15,907 nt of DNA from Ruminococcus albus 7 = DSM 20455. GTDB lineage: Bacteria > Bacillota > Clostridia > Oscillospirales > Ruminococcaceae. Made by a program: the position numbers and the translations under genes. The notes under the pieces are model-generated. The model was not told the origin of the DNA and ran no database searches. It saw nothing but the letters and a program-made list of their open reading frames with translations. Shown here piece after piece: positions 1 to 6,777 of this stretch; within the stretch, counting starts at the first letter, position 1; each line of letters begins with the position of its first letter. The stretch spans positions 1 through 15,907 of the forward strand of contig NC_014826.1 of the NCBI RefSeq assembly GCF_000179635.2. The letters are read 5' to 3'.

Positions 1-88
1 GAGAATATTCCTACAACAACGTGCGGGCGGACAATTTTCGTTCAAAACAGTAGTAAATTTAAGGTCCCAGAAAATAGTAGTAGATCCA

Positions 89-117
89 TTGACCTATGGC
101 ATTCTGTGTGGTATAAT
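89..117 (+). promoter_or_regulatory. SigA/sigma-70-type promoter of the recombinase gene
   Basis: TTGACC (89-94), 17-bp spacer, TATAAT (112-117) preceded by TGg (extended -10). It lies 60 nt upstream of ATG 177, which has a GAGAGGA SD. Confidence 0.6.
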
Positions 118-176
118 CAAAGTAGTAATTATAACGGTCGTTAAATTTACCACTTAGCTGAAAGAGAGGATCGATC

Positions 177-941
177 ATGCAAAGAATATTTGGCTATTGC
201 CGTATTTCCAGACCCACACAGAACATCGAGCGACAGGAGCGCAATATAATCAAGTCATACCCGACGGCTCGCATATACAAAGAGGCTTACACAGGAACTA
301 AGACCTCAGGGCGCAAGGAACTTGAAAAGCTCCTGAAACAGGTGCAGAGCGGTGACATGATCGTATTTGACAGCGTGAGCCGTATGAGCCGTAATGCTGC
401 CGAGGGCGTGGAGCTGTATCTTCAGCTTTATGAGCAAGGGGTGGAGCTTGTTTTTCTCAAAGAACCCCACATAAACACTTCTACCTATAAACAGGCGCTT
501 TCCCGTGATGTGCCGATGATCGGAGAGGATGTAGACCTTATATTGCAAGGAGTGAACGCATATCTTAAAAGGCTGGCTGTGCGGCAGATCGAACTTGCAT
601 TCGGTCAGGCACAAAAGGAAGTTGACGACCTTCACCAAAGAACAGCCGAGGGCATCGAAACAGCACGGCGCAACGGCAAGCAGATCGGACAGCGTAAAGG
701 GGCAACACTCAATGTCAAGAAGGCGGCTGCTGCAAAGAAGATCATACGCACGAGCTGCAAGACATTCGGTGGGACCCTGACCGATGAGCAATGCGCTGCT
801 GCTGCAGGCATATGCCGCAAGACATACTACAAGTACAAGGCGGAGCTGCGCCGAGAGTTTGAAGCAGAGGGACTGCAAATGACCCTCGATGAAGTATCCG
901 GACAAGCACCGCAAGGCACTAAAGACACGAACGCTCTTTAG
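177..941 (+). CDS. small serine recombinase (resolvase/invertase family)
   Basis: 254-aa ORF. N-terminal catalytic motif YCRISRPTQNIERQ (Ser-11), a DSVSRMSRN motif, and a C-terminal HTH-like segment GICRKTYYKYKAEL. SD and promoter lie upstream, terminator downstream. Confidence 0.9.
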   Translation: MQRIFGYCRISRPTQNIERQERNIIKSYPTARIYKEAYTGTKTSGRKELEKLLKQVQSGDMIVFDSVSRMSRNAAEGVELYLQLYEQGVELVFLKEPHINTSTYKQALSRDVPMIGEDVDLILQGVNAYLKRLAVRQIELAFGQAQKEVDDLHQRTAEGIETARRNGKQIGQRKGATLNVKKAAAAKKIIRTSCKTFGGTLTDEQCAAAAGICRKTYYKYKAELRREFEAEGLQMTLDEVSGQAPQGTKDTNAL

Positions 942-1003
942 TGTCTAAAAGACGTATTAAGCGTTGATTGAGAAAACGGAGTATGCAAGATGAGGGATCA
1001 TTA

Positions 1004-1047
1004 TAAAAAAAGTAGCTGTTGCCCGACTGCAATAGCTACTTTTTTTA
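1004..1047 (+). terminator. rho-independent (bidirectional-looking) terminator after the recombinase gene
   Basis: AGTAGCTGTTGC-ccgact-GCAATAGCTACT hairpin (1011-1040, one G-U pair), flanked by A7 upstream and T7 downstream. Confidence 0.7.
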
Positions 1048-1244
1048 TTAACTGTATCGATCAAAAAACGCTTATTATACCGGCTTCTAAAACAAGCACC
1101 GCAGGTACTATATATTTTCGCGGATGATGCCAGAGGTTTGTTTCAAAGCTCCATTTAGTTATGGCGTTTTTGTTTTCCATTTTCTTTTTCTCCGGTTTTT
1201 AGTTTGTTGTCATTTTATATAAAACGTTTTTACGTTTATATACT

Positions 1245-1403
1245 TTACTTATCTTCATTCTCTAAAGTGAATGCCGATATGAGAAATGCTGCTGTTGCTG
1301 CACCAAACATCATACCCATGACTTTCTCGCCTTTTGTGATCTGTATAACGGCGGCAACCGTCCATATAATACCTATTATTATTCTTATGATCTTATGTCT
1401 CAT
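1245..1403 (-). CDS. small membrane protein (52 aa), translationally coupled to 1405-1836
   Basis: Below the ORF-track cutoff: MRHKIIRIIIGIIWTVAAVIQITKGEKVMGMMFGAATAAFLISAFTLENEDK. AAAGGAG SD about 9 nt before ATG 1403. Two hydrophobic segments. Confidence 0.5.
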   Translation of the reverse strand: MRHKIIRIIIGIIWTVAAVIQITKGEKVMGMMFGAATAAFLISAFTLENEDK

Positions 1404-1404
1404 A

Positions 1405-1836
1405 TCAAACAGCTCCTTTTATCAATTTAGAACATCTGAACAAGTTTTTTGTCTGTTCTCTTTCTTTGAAAATTACTACTGCGGATAAAGTAATTGAAAA
1501 CGCAGCCAGTGTCCACGCTTTTGAATATACAAGTGTTAAGATGCTTATCATCAATCCCGTCATGACCGCAAGGCTGGATTTATCTGCCCTGACGGGATCG
1601 GAATTAAATATCTCTGTTTTGCCTACTATTGCTATAAGGATTATCACAGCAATGGCAAATACTGAAAGTTCTGCAATTATAATAACTGCCAGAACTGATA
1701 ACGGCAGATTTACCTTAAGACTCCGAAGCATAAGAATATCCGATATACCCGAAGGTATCACTGTCTTTACAGCACAATTAAAAATCATATATACAGTTGC
1801 ATAAAGAAAGGTCACATGCGTCATCTGATTCATCAT
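1405..1836 (-). CDS. hypothetical polytopic membrane protein (143 aa)
   Basis: About 4 hydrophobic helices (e.g. LSVLAVIIIAELSVFAIAVIILIAIV). Its TGA stop lies 1 nt before the ATG of the next small ORF. The plus-strand ORFs over the same DNA look like shadows. No family recognised. Confidence 0.6.
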   Translation of the reverse strand: MMNQMTHVTFLYATVYMIFNCAVKTVIPSGISDILMLRSLKVNLPLSVLAVIIIAELSVFAIAVIILIAIVGKTEIFNSDPVRADKSSLAVMTGLMISILTLVYSKAWTLAAFSITLSAVVIFKEREQTKNLFRCSKLIKGAV

Positions 1837-2375
1837 ATCAAAAACTTTTGCAGGCTCTTTTTTGAAGTAAATAAATTTTAAGCATTCAAAATTTACAAGT
1901 TTGCAAATATATTATTTTATCATTTTCCCCTTTGTATTTTATCACTTTACAAACTATAATACACTTGCAGGAAATATTCTATAAAAAGAGAGTAAGCGCC
2001 TATTTTTACGGAGTAAATAAAAAATGAGGCTATTGCTTGGTTGAAACAGTCTCATAAAATTATAACATGTTTCGGATTGGAAATCACATGAAAAGACAGA
2101 ATAATATAAATAGAATCATATTAAATGTAAGAAATATATAATCAAAAATTTTTACGCATGAAATATATATATATAAATGAAAATCTAAGTAATTGTGTGG
2201 TATGAAAACGGAACTTACATTTGGTAGAAAATCTCTGTTAACTTGAGAAAATATTGGTATAAAATCGGAAACGTGATTTTTGGGGATATTTAAATGGACG
2301 TTATATCAACAGTAATTTTATACCACTATTATTGCAAAAACAGTTTTTAAAACGGTCCGAGAATTGAAATTTATG

Positions 2376-2409
2376 AAAAAAAGACCGTCATACTTAATGA
2401 CGGTCTTTT
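2376..2409 (-). terminator. rho-independent terminator downstream of the Rep-like gene
   Basis: GACCGTCAT-actta-ATGACGGTC hairpin (2383-2405) flanked by A7 (2376-2382) and T4. On the minus strand the hairpin is followed by a U7 run, about 75 nt after the stop at 2482. Confidence 0.7.
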
Positions 2410-2481
2410 GAAGATAAACACATTTAAGCCTTACGGACTATTTCACGTAAAGCTGATGATATTTATTTAGTTTGCTGGGTT

Positions 2482-3471
2482 CTATGTGCAGAGTATATCT
2501 TTTATGCTGCTGTGTACCAGTTTTGCTTTAATTATGACGCAGTTTGATATTGCCTGCTCTATCACGGATTCGATCTTCCTGCCAAGCGATGCCGCTGTTG
2601 TCCTGTATTGATGTACAAGCGCGGCTATGTCATTCAGCTCCTGCAATGATACATTTGACTTCTTCTTGCGGCGAAGTATATTTCTTACTGTGTGGCGGTC
2701 AGAACGGAAATGCTTTTCAGTGGTGTAGCGCATTTTATTTCTGCCGTACTGATCTCTTGATGCAGTCACCGGATTTTGTATTTCGGCAACTGTACATTCA
2801 GAAAGTGAAAATGTAGTTCTGTGGACAGGGAAAGCAAGGCTGTGTCCGTTGTTTGAATACTCAACTGAACAGCCTATTTTTATTATTCCTGCTTTTCTGA
2901 GGTGTGCTATCGCTTTTCTGACGGTCTGAACAGATATTCCGAGCTGTTCTGCAATAGCTTTGTACGCCGTGAATTTACTTTTGAAAACAAGGTCGTTGGT
3001 GACATCGCCTGATTTAGACAAACGGAAAAAAAGGTACATCAGCACTCGTATTTCCGCATGATGCATAGTTTTGAGGCTTTGCGCCTTTAACCATACAAAA
3101 TCTATGTTTATGTAGTTGCTGAATGGCTTGTCCTCGCCCGCATATGCCATTTCAAAGTCATTATAAGGTATTTTAAGGATGATCTCCGCATTGCAGTTCT
3201 TATCTTTGGGTTCTCTTATTATCAGAGGGGTCTTTATTTTATTGCCATTTGGTAAATTTATTGTTACAAAAGTGTTTTCAAGAAATTTTACGGAAGCATA
3301 GAATGTCTTCGTATCAATGCAAAGAGTTTCTTCGATATCCCTGTGATAGATCGAGATCCTGCCGTTGACATCACAATGGCTGGCTAGGTAGATCTCTAGT
3401 GTTAAGGCACTTTTAGGGATTTCTTTTGTTCTATATAATGCTTTGAATATCCAATCTTTAATTGTTTGCAT
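2482..3471 (-). CDS. putative plasmid replication initiator / DNA-binding protein with two winged-helix-like segments (329 aa)
   Basis: I place the start at ATG 3471 (MQTIKDW...) because AAAGGAGG lies 9 nt upstream. The track start at 3516 has no SD. Two wHTH-like segments: LTLEIYLASHCDVNGRISIYHRDIEETLCIDTKTFYASVKFLEN and EIRVLMYLFF...AIAEQLGISVQTVRKAIAHLRKAGIIKI. The tail is basic. The Rep function is inferred from this architecture plus the antisense-RNA context, not from a recognised signature. Confidence 0.55.
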   Translation of the reverse strand: MQTIKDWIFKALYRTKEIPKSALTLEIYLASHCDVNGRISIYHRDIEETLCIDTKTFYASVKFLENTFVTINLPNGNKIKTPLIIREPKDKNCNAEIILKIPYNDFEMAYAGEDKPFSNYINIDFVWLKAQSLKTMHHAEIRVLMYLFFRLSKSGDVTNDLVFKSKFTAYKAIAEQLGISVQTVRKAIAHLRKAGIIKIGCSVEYSNNGHSLAFPVHRTTFSLSECTVAEIQNPVTASRDQYGRNKMRYTTEKHFRSDRHTVRNILRRKKKSNVSLQELNDIAALVHQYRTTAASLGRKIESVIEQAISNCVIIKAKLVHSSIKDILCT

Positions 3472-3563
3472 TAAAAAAGACCTCCTTTCGTCTTCAAGCA
3501 GTTTAAAACTACACAACGAACGGAGATCTGAACATCATACTTAAAAAGATTTTTGAAATGGTA

Positions 3564-3592
3564 TTGACAAATGCGAATCTTTTTGGTATAAT
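3564..3592 (+). promoter_or_regulatory. consensus promoter of a short countertranscript RNA
   Basis: TTGACA (3564-3569), 17 bp, TATAAT (3587-3592), preceded by TGg (extended -10). Confidence 0.65.
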
Positions 3593-3598
3593 AGTTAC

Positions 3599-3678
3599 AG
3601 AAACAGGGTTGTTTTGAAACGTTGTGGGTTTCAAACAGCTTAAAGGGAAACGTTCGGCAAAACGTTTCTCTTTTTTTC
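3599..3678 (+). ncRNA. ~80-nt small RNA antisense to the predicted leader of the Rep-like mRNA
   Basis: The start is predicted from the promoter at 3564-3592. Hairpin 1: TTTGAAAC/GTTTCAAA (3613-3635). Terminator hairpin: GAAACGTT-cggcaa-AACGTTTC (3647-3668) followed by TCTTTTTTT. No SD or ORF inside. Confidence 0.55.
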
Positions 3679-3731
3679 TGTTTATTATCGTTTATATTGC
3701 AACACTGTATTATAACTTTATTACGAACATA

Positions 3732-3760
3732 AGTATAGCATAAAATGACCAATTTGTCAA
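3732..3760 (-). promoter_or_regulatory. promoter of the Rep-like gene (long leader)
   Basis: On the minus strand: TTGACA (3760-3755), 17 bp, TATACT (3737-3732). The predicted TSS near 3725 gives a ~250-nt leader to ATG 3471 that fully overlaps the 3599-3678 RNA. Confidence 0.55.
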
Positions 3761-3880
3761 GTGTTTAGTGGCGTGTTTTAGGGCATTTATTTACACTACA
3801 AATATCAGATCGTATCAAATATTTTATTAGGTATTAAAAAAAAGTAGCTTCCCTTCCCAATATATTTAAGTCTTTTTGAT

Positions 3881-3911
3881 TTTCTGAAAATATCGGGAAT
3901 TTTTTCAGAAA
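3881..3911. promoter_or_regulatory. 10-bp perfect inverted repeat overlapping the SD of the 3922 gene (operator or SD-sequestering hairpin)
   Basis: TTTCTGAAAA (3881-3890), 11 nt, TTTTCAGAAA (3902-3911). The right arm abuts AGGAG (3911-3915). Confidence 0.35.
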
Positions 3912-3921
3912 GGAGCATATT

Positions 3922-4626
3922 GTGAGTAAAACAATCAAGCAGATCGCAGATGAACTGCAAGTGAGCAAGCAGGCTGTCTGGCAGAGAGTCAAGCGCAGCT
4001 CTGAACTGTCGGCTATGCTTTATGAACATAGTCAAACTATAAATGGAACTGTGGTCATTGATGAAGATATGGAAAAGGTCCTCTGTGAACTTTATCCCGA
4101 ACGTCCCACAACTATAAATGTTGATGAAACAATCAAGAATGTTGATATAAACGGCGTAAACGTTGATGGGATGAGTAAAGAAGTTGATGTAAACGTTGAC
4201 GAAACATCTATATGTAAAGGTGTAAATGTTGACGATGTTGATATAAACAGCGTCAACAGCAAGAAGAATGTTGATGCTGATGTTGACGATAAACACGCAA
4301 ACGTTGATGTAAACGATATGGACGTTGATGTAAACACGTTGATAGAAACACTTCAAAGTACCGTAAATACGCTGAAACAGCAGTTGACGGTCAAGGATAA
4401 ACAGATAGATGATCTGTCGGCAATGCTCAAAAGCTCGCAGGAACAACAGGCGACTCTGGTAACTGCATTATCGGCGGCGCAGGCATTGCACGCAGGAACT
4501 ATGCAGGAACGTTTGACAGAGCATTCAGAAAATTCGGAGATACAAAGAGAAGTCAATGAAGCCGAGCAGAAGAGTCAGAGCGTGAAAAAAGGATTCTTCG
4601 CAAGGATATTCAGAAAGGGAAGCTGA
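3922..4626 (+). CDS. plasmid HTH / coiled-coil protein with a central VD/VN repeat tract
   Basis: GTG start with an AAAGGAG SD. N-terminal HTH: KQIADELQVSKQAVWQRVKR. Central degenerate NVD/VDVN repeats. The C-terminal heptad-like Q/L-rich segment LKQQLTVKDKQIDDLSAMLKSSQEQQATL resembles, from memory, the DUF536 tail of Gram-positive plasmid replication-associated proteins. Confidence 0.7.
   Translation: MSKTIKQIADELQVSKQAVWQRVKRSSELSAMLYEHSQTINGTVVIDEDMEKVLCELYPERPTTINVDETIKNVDINGVNVDGMSKEVDVNVDETSICKGVNVDDVDINSVNSKKNVDADVDDKHANVDVNDMDVDVNTLIETLQSTVNTLKQQLTVKDKQIDDLSAMLKSSQEQQATLVTALSAAQALHAGTMQERLTEHSENSEIQREVNEAEQKSQSVKKGFFARIFRKGS
4120..4343. repeat. iteron-like GTTGAY array inside the 3922-4626 ORF
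   Basis: GTTGA(T/C) starts at 4120, 4141, 4162, 4183, 4195, 4228, 4237, 4270, 4282, 4303, 4324 and 4338, plus an inverted GTCAAC at 4252. The 12-mer GTTGATRTAAAC occurs 5 times (4141, 4183, 4237, 4303, 4324). There are two runs with exact 21-bp spacing. Confidence 0.8.
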
Positions 4627-4735
4627 GAGGGGCGCAACTCTGATATTTTCAGCATAAAAAGGTACAGCCTGAAATATTTTGCTGTAATATCAGGGCTCTT
4701 GCAGTGTAAACCGAGAAGCTTATAAAGTAAAAAAT

Positions 4736-4771
4736 ATCCCCCTCGGGCGATCGAAACCATGCCCGAGGGGG
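4736..4771. repeat. GC-rich 12-bp-stem hairpin (CCCCCTC family)
   Basis: TCCCCCTCGGGC-gatcgaaaccat-GCCCGAGGGGGA, preceded by AAAAAATA. On the minus strand it would be followed by a U-run. Related elements at 15763-15818, with a half copy near 5565-5577. Confidence 0.6.
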
Positions 4772-4832
4772 ATTTGAACGGTTAGCTATTTTTTATCTTA
4801 CCAGAGCTGAAACACACTCAGCGATCTATTTT

Positions 4833-4870
4833 AAAACAGCCCCTCAGAATTGCTCTGAGGGGCTGTTTTT
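4833..4870. terminator. bidirectional rho-independent terminator between convergent genes
   Basis: AAAACAGCCCCTCAGA-attgc-TCTGAGGGGCTGTTTTT: a 12-bp GC-rich stem (4837-4865) with A-run and T-run arms. Confidence 0.8.
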
Positions 4871-4909
4871 GCACTGTTCAGCGCGTGTTTTTAGCTGTAT
4901 AAATGTCTT

Positions 4910-5074
4910 TTACTTGGGCAGACCCAGCCAGATAGCCAGACCCACGAGTGCAAAGCCGGGGATAAGTGTTACTGCTCGGATAAGTGCGGCTTTTGAAACA
5001 GATTTACGGGTAAAGCCGAATACTATCAGCAGTATGCCGATGATGAATGAAAATACCATTGAAAAAAATCCCAT
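4910..5074 (-). CDS. small two-helix membrane protein (54 aa)
   Basis: Below the track cutoff: MGFFSMVFSFIIGILLIVFGFTRKSVSKAALIRAVTLIPGFALVGLAIWLGLPK. GGGAG SD 9 nt upstream. It starts 3 nt after the ABC remnant's stop and is followed by the 4833-4870 terminator. Confidence 0.45.
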   Translation of the reverse strand: MGFFSMVFSFIIGILLIVFGFTRKSVSKAALIRAVTLIPGFALVGLAIWLGLPK

Positions 5075-5077
5075 ATA

Positions 5078-5530
5078 TTACATCTCCCTTTCCAGTTTGA
5101 TTATCCTTTGATGTCTTTCCGCCACTTCCATATCATGTGTAACCGTAATCACAGTCGTGTTATACTCCTTGTTCATGCGGGAGAGCAATGAGAGGATATT
5201 CTCCTTATTCTCGCCGTCAAGGGAAGCGGTGGGTTCATCACATAATATCAGCGGTGGACGCATTATTACTGCCCTTGCAAAGACCGCGCGTGCTTTTTCT
5301 CCGCCTGAGCATTCAAGCGGCTTTTTTTTCAATATATGCTTGATGCCGATCTTTTCCGCTATGCTTTCAAGTTCTTCTGAAAAATCTTTCCTATCGGGAC
5401 TTGCATAAAGTAGAGGAAGTCTGATGTTGTCTTCGATTGAAATAGAATCTATCAGAGCCGATTCCTGCAAAACGAATCCTATCTTACGGTTTCTCCATTC
5501 AGCCAGTTGATTGAGGTTAGCGTCAGACGG
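5078..5530 (-). pseudogene. 5'-truncated ABC transporter ATP-binding protein (MacB/LolD-like ATPase remnant)
   Basis: The frame reads ...ANLNQLAEWRNRKIGFVLQESALI... (Q-loop), CSGGEKARAVFARA (signature), LILCDEPTASLD (Walker B) and VTHD (H-loop). There is an in-frame TGA at 5531-5533, no Walker A, and no credible start (the track start is a TTG inside the domain). Confidence 0.75.
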
Positions 5531-5612
5531 TCAGAGTACACTATGTAGTGCAGAATCAGCACACTCCCCCTCGCGGCAATCACCACAGATTAGAAAAGCC
5601 ACTGACACAGCG

Positions 5613-5645
5613 AAAAAAACACCCCCATGATAATTCTGGAGGTGT
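5613..5645 (-). terminator. strand-specific rho-independent terminator of the P1 micro-ORF transcript
   Basis: Minus-strand RNA ACACCUCC-agaauuaucau-GGGGGUGU (one U-G pair; it would be a C-A mismatch on the plus strand) followed by U7. Confidence 0.6.
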
Positions 5646-5765
5646 ACATAATATATGTTTTGGTTAATAATGTCCTATTCTACGTATTGCGAAGCCAACT
5701 GCTACGCAGTACAGTGATCTTACTTGCGGAGTGTCAGCTGGATAACCATAATTGTAGCTTTATAA

Positions 5766-5794
5766 TTGACACAAAAACTAATATATGATATAAT
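5766..5794 (+). promoter_or_regulatory. consensus promoter reading toward the two-component genes (and antisense to the P1 micro-ORF transcript)
   Basis: TTGACA (5766-5771), 17 bp, TATAAT (5789-5794), preceded by TGa (extended -10). Confidence 0.6.
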
Positions 5795-5845
5795 GAATTT
5801 AATTATAAATTTTAAGTTTACTCTGTTTTTTAAACTTAATTATAT

Positions 5846-5878
5846 TTACCAGCCCCACCAGTCAAACCAATCCTGCAT
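5846..5878 (-). CDS. Trp-rich 10-codon micro-ORF MQDWFDWWGW
   Basis: AAGGAGG (5892-5886) lies 7 nt upstream of ATG (5878-5876). 4 of 10 codons are TGG; TAA stop. It sits about 44 nt downstream of the predicted P1 TSS. Translation is unproven. Confidence 0.35.
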   Translation of the reverse strand: MQDWFDWWGW

Positions 5879-5928
5879 TTTAAAACCTCCTTTTTTAGTG
5901 TTTTTATTACTCTTGTTTCGATGGTCTT

Positions 5929-5994
5929 ATTATAATTCAACATTTGTACAATTACTATCATTTTGGAGCAAACGGTATAAAATTCAGAGTGAAT
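5929..5994 (-). promoter_or_regulatory. P1: LytTR-type direct-repeat operator plus -10
   Basis: Minus strand: aTTCACTCTG (5994-5985), 11 nt, GTTTGCTCCA (5973-5964), aAATGATAG, exactly 29 nt after the right repeat, TATAAT (5934-5929). Confidence 0.7.
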
Positions 5995-6061
5995 TACATT
6001 AATTAATGTTTTTTTGAAACATTATAATGATTTATATATATTTTTTATGGAGGGGAAATAC

Positions 6062-6775
6062 ATGAAAATCGCGATTTGTGACGACCAGATGGCTATGCAC
6101 ACCGAGTTAAAAAAGCATCTGGAAAATTATGCCCAAAAGAGAAACCTTATAATGATCTACAATGACTATACCAACGGTTTTGACCTTATCAGCAGCCAGA
6201 ACGAGTACGACATTATTTTTATGGATTATCAGATGGCAGAGATAGACGGTCTTGAAACTGCCAGACAAATAAGAAAGAAAAATACTGATACTACCATAAT
6301 ATTCCTGACCAGCTTTCCCGATATCGTCTTTGATACCTTTGAAGTAAATGCATACAGGTTTTTAGTAAAGCCGATAGATGATGCAAGGCTTGAGGCTGCA
6401 CTGGATTCATATCTTTCGGACAATGATGAATCAAACTTCATCCTCATAAAGACCGATGAGAGCAACCAAAAAATAAATATAAACGATATAATTTATATAG
6501 AAGCATCAGACAAGTACTGCAATATCAGGACAAATGAAGGTACTGTACTATTCAAAAAGACCTTGTCCGAAATTGAAAAGATGCTTCCCGAGGATAAATT
6601 CTTCCGATGCCACAGAACTTATCTGGTAGGGTTCCGCCATATCGTTTCGCACACATCGACAGATGTACTTTTTGATAATAAGGAAAAAGCTCTTATCAGC
6701 AGGGTAAAGCTCCCGCCGTTTAAAAAAGCTTTTACCAACTATATAAAGAGATATAATTTCCAGAAGGGGAGCTGA
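6062..6775 (+). CDS. LytTR-family response regulator (AgrA/ComE-like)
   Basis: I place the start at ATG 6062 (MKIAICDD) with a GGAGGGG SD. The track start at 6014 lacks one. REC domain (ICDD...IIFMDYQMAEIDGLE...IIFLTS) plus a C-terminal LytTR domain (IIYIEASDKYCNIRT...FFRCHRTYLV). Confidence 0.9.
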   Translation: MKIAICDDQMAMHTELKKHLENYAQKRNLIMIYNDYTNGFDLISSQNEYDIIFMDYQMAEIDGLETARQIRKKNTDTTIIFLTSFPDIVFDTFEVNAYRFLVKPIDDARLEAALDSYLSDNDESNFILIKTDESNQKININDIIYIEASDKYCNIRTNEGTVLFKKTLSEIEKMLPEDKFFRCHRTYLVGFRHIVSHTSTDVLFDNKEKALISRVKLPPFKKAFTNYIKRYNFQKGS

Positions 6776-6777
6776 AA

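Noticed and set aside
306-914. 202-aa minus-strand ORF (and the 595-780 and 632-820 ORFs) inside the recombinase gene
   Set aside because: These are shadow frames of a well-supported serine recombinase CDS. They have no SD and a Cys/Leu-rich, nonsense-like composition.
1204-1804. Plus-strand ORFs 1204-1488 and 1466-1804
   Set aside because: They are antisense to the two SD-coupled minus-strand membrane-protein ORFs. They lack SDs and any recognisable features.
3471-3752. 93-aa minus-strand ORF, and the 3516 start of the Rep-like ORF
   Set aside because: The 93-aa ORF starts upstream of the predicted rep TSS, has no SD, and lies in the leader/antisense-RNA region. The 3516 start lacks an SD, whereas ATG 3471 has AAAGGAGG.
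4120-4343. Possible CRISPR array (short direct repeats); the same question applies to the 245-bp tandem repeat at 9638-10105
   Set aside because: The repeats are 6-12 bp with irregular short spacing inside an ORF. The 245-bp units are whole duplicated genes. Neither has the 28-37 bp repeat/spacer structure of CRISPR, and there are no cas genes.
3805-4556. Minus-strand ORFs 3805-4446, 4092-4337 and 4353-4556 (VYINV / STF repeat proteins)
   Set aside because: They are reverse-frame artefacts of the GTTGAY repeat tract. The plus-strand ORF has the SD, an HTH and a coiled-coil tail.
4575-5111. ORFs 4575-4760 (-) and 4869-5111 (+)
   Set aside because: The first spans intergenic hairpins and has no SD. 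The second is antisense to the SD-bearing 54-aa membrane ORF and crosses the 4833-4870 terminator region.
5766-6061. 78-aa ORF 5766-6002 (+) and the 6014 start of the response regulator
   Set aside because: The 78-aa ORF begins at the -35 box of a promoter and has no SD. The regulator's receiver domain begins at MKIAICDD (ATG 6062), which has a GGAGGGG SD.
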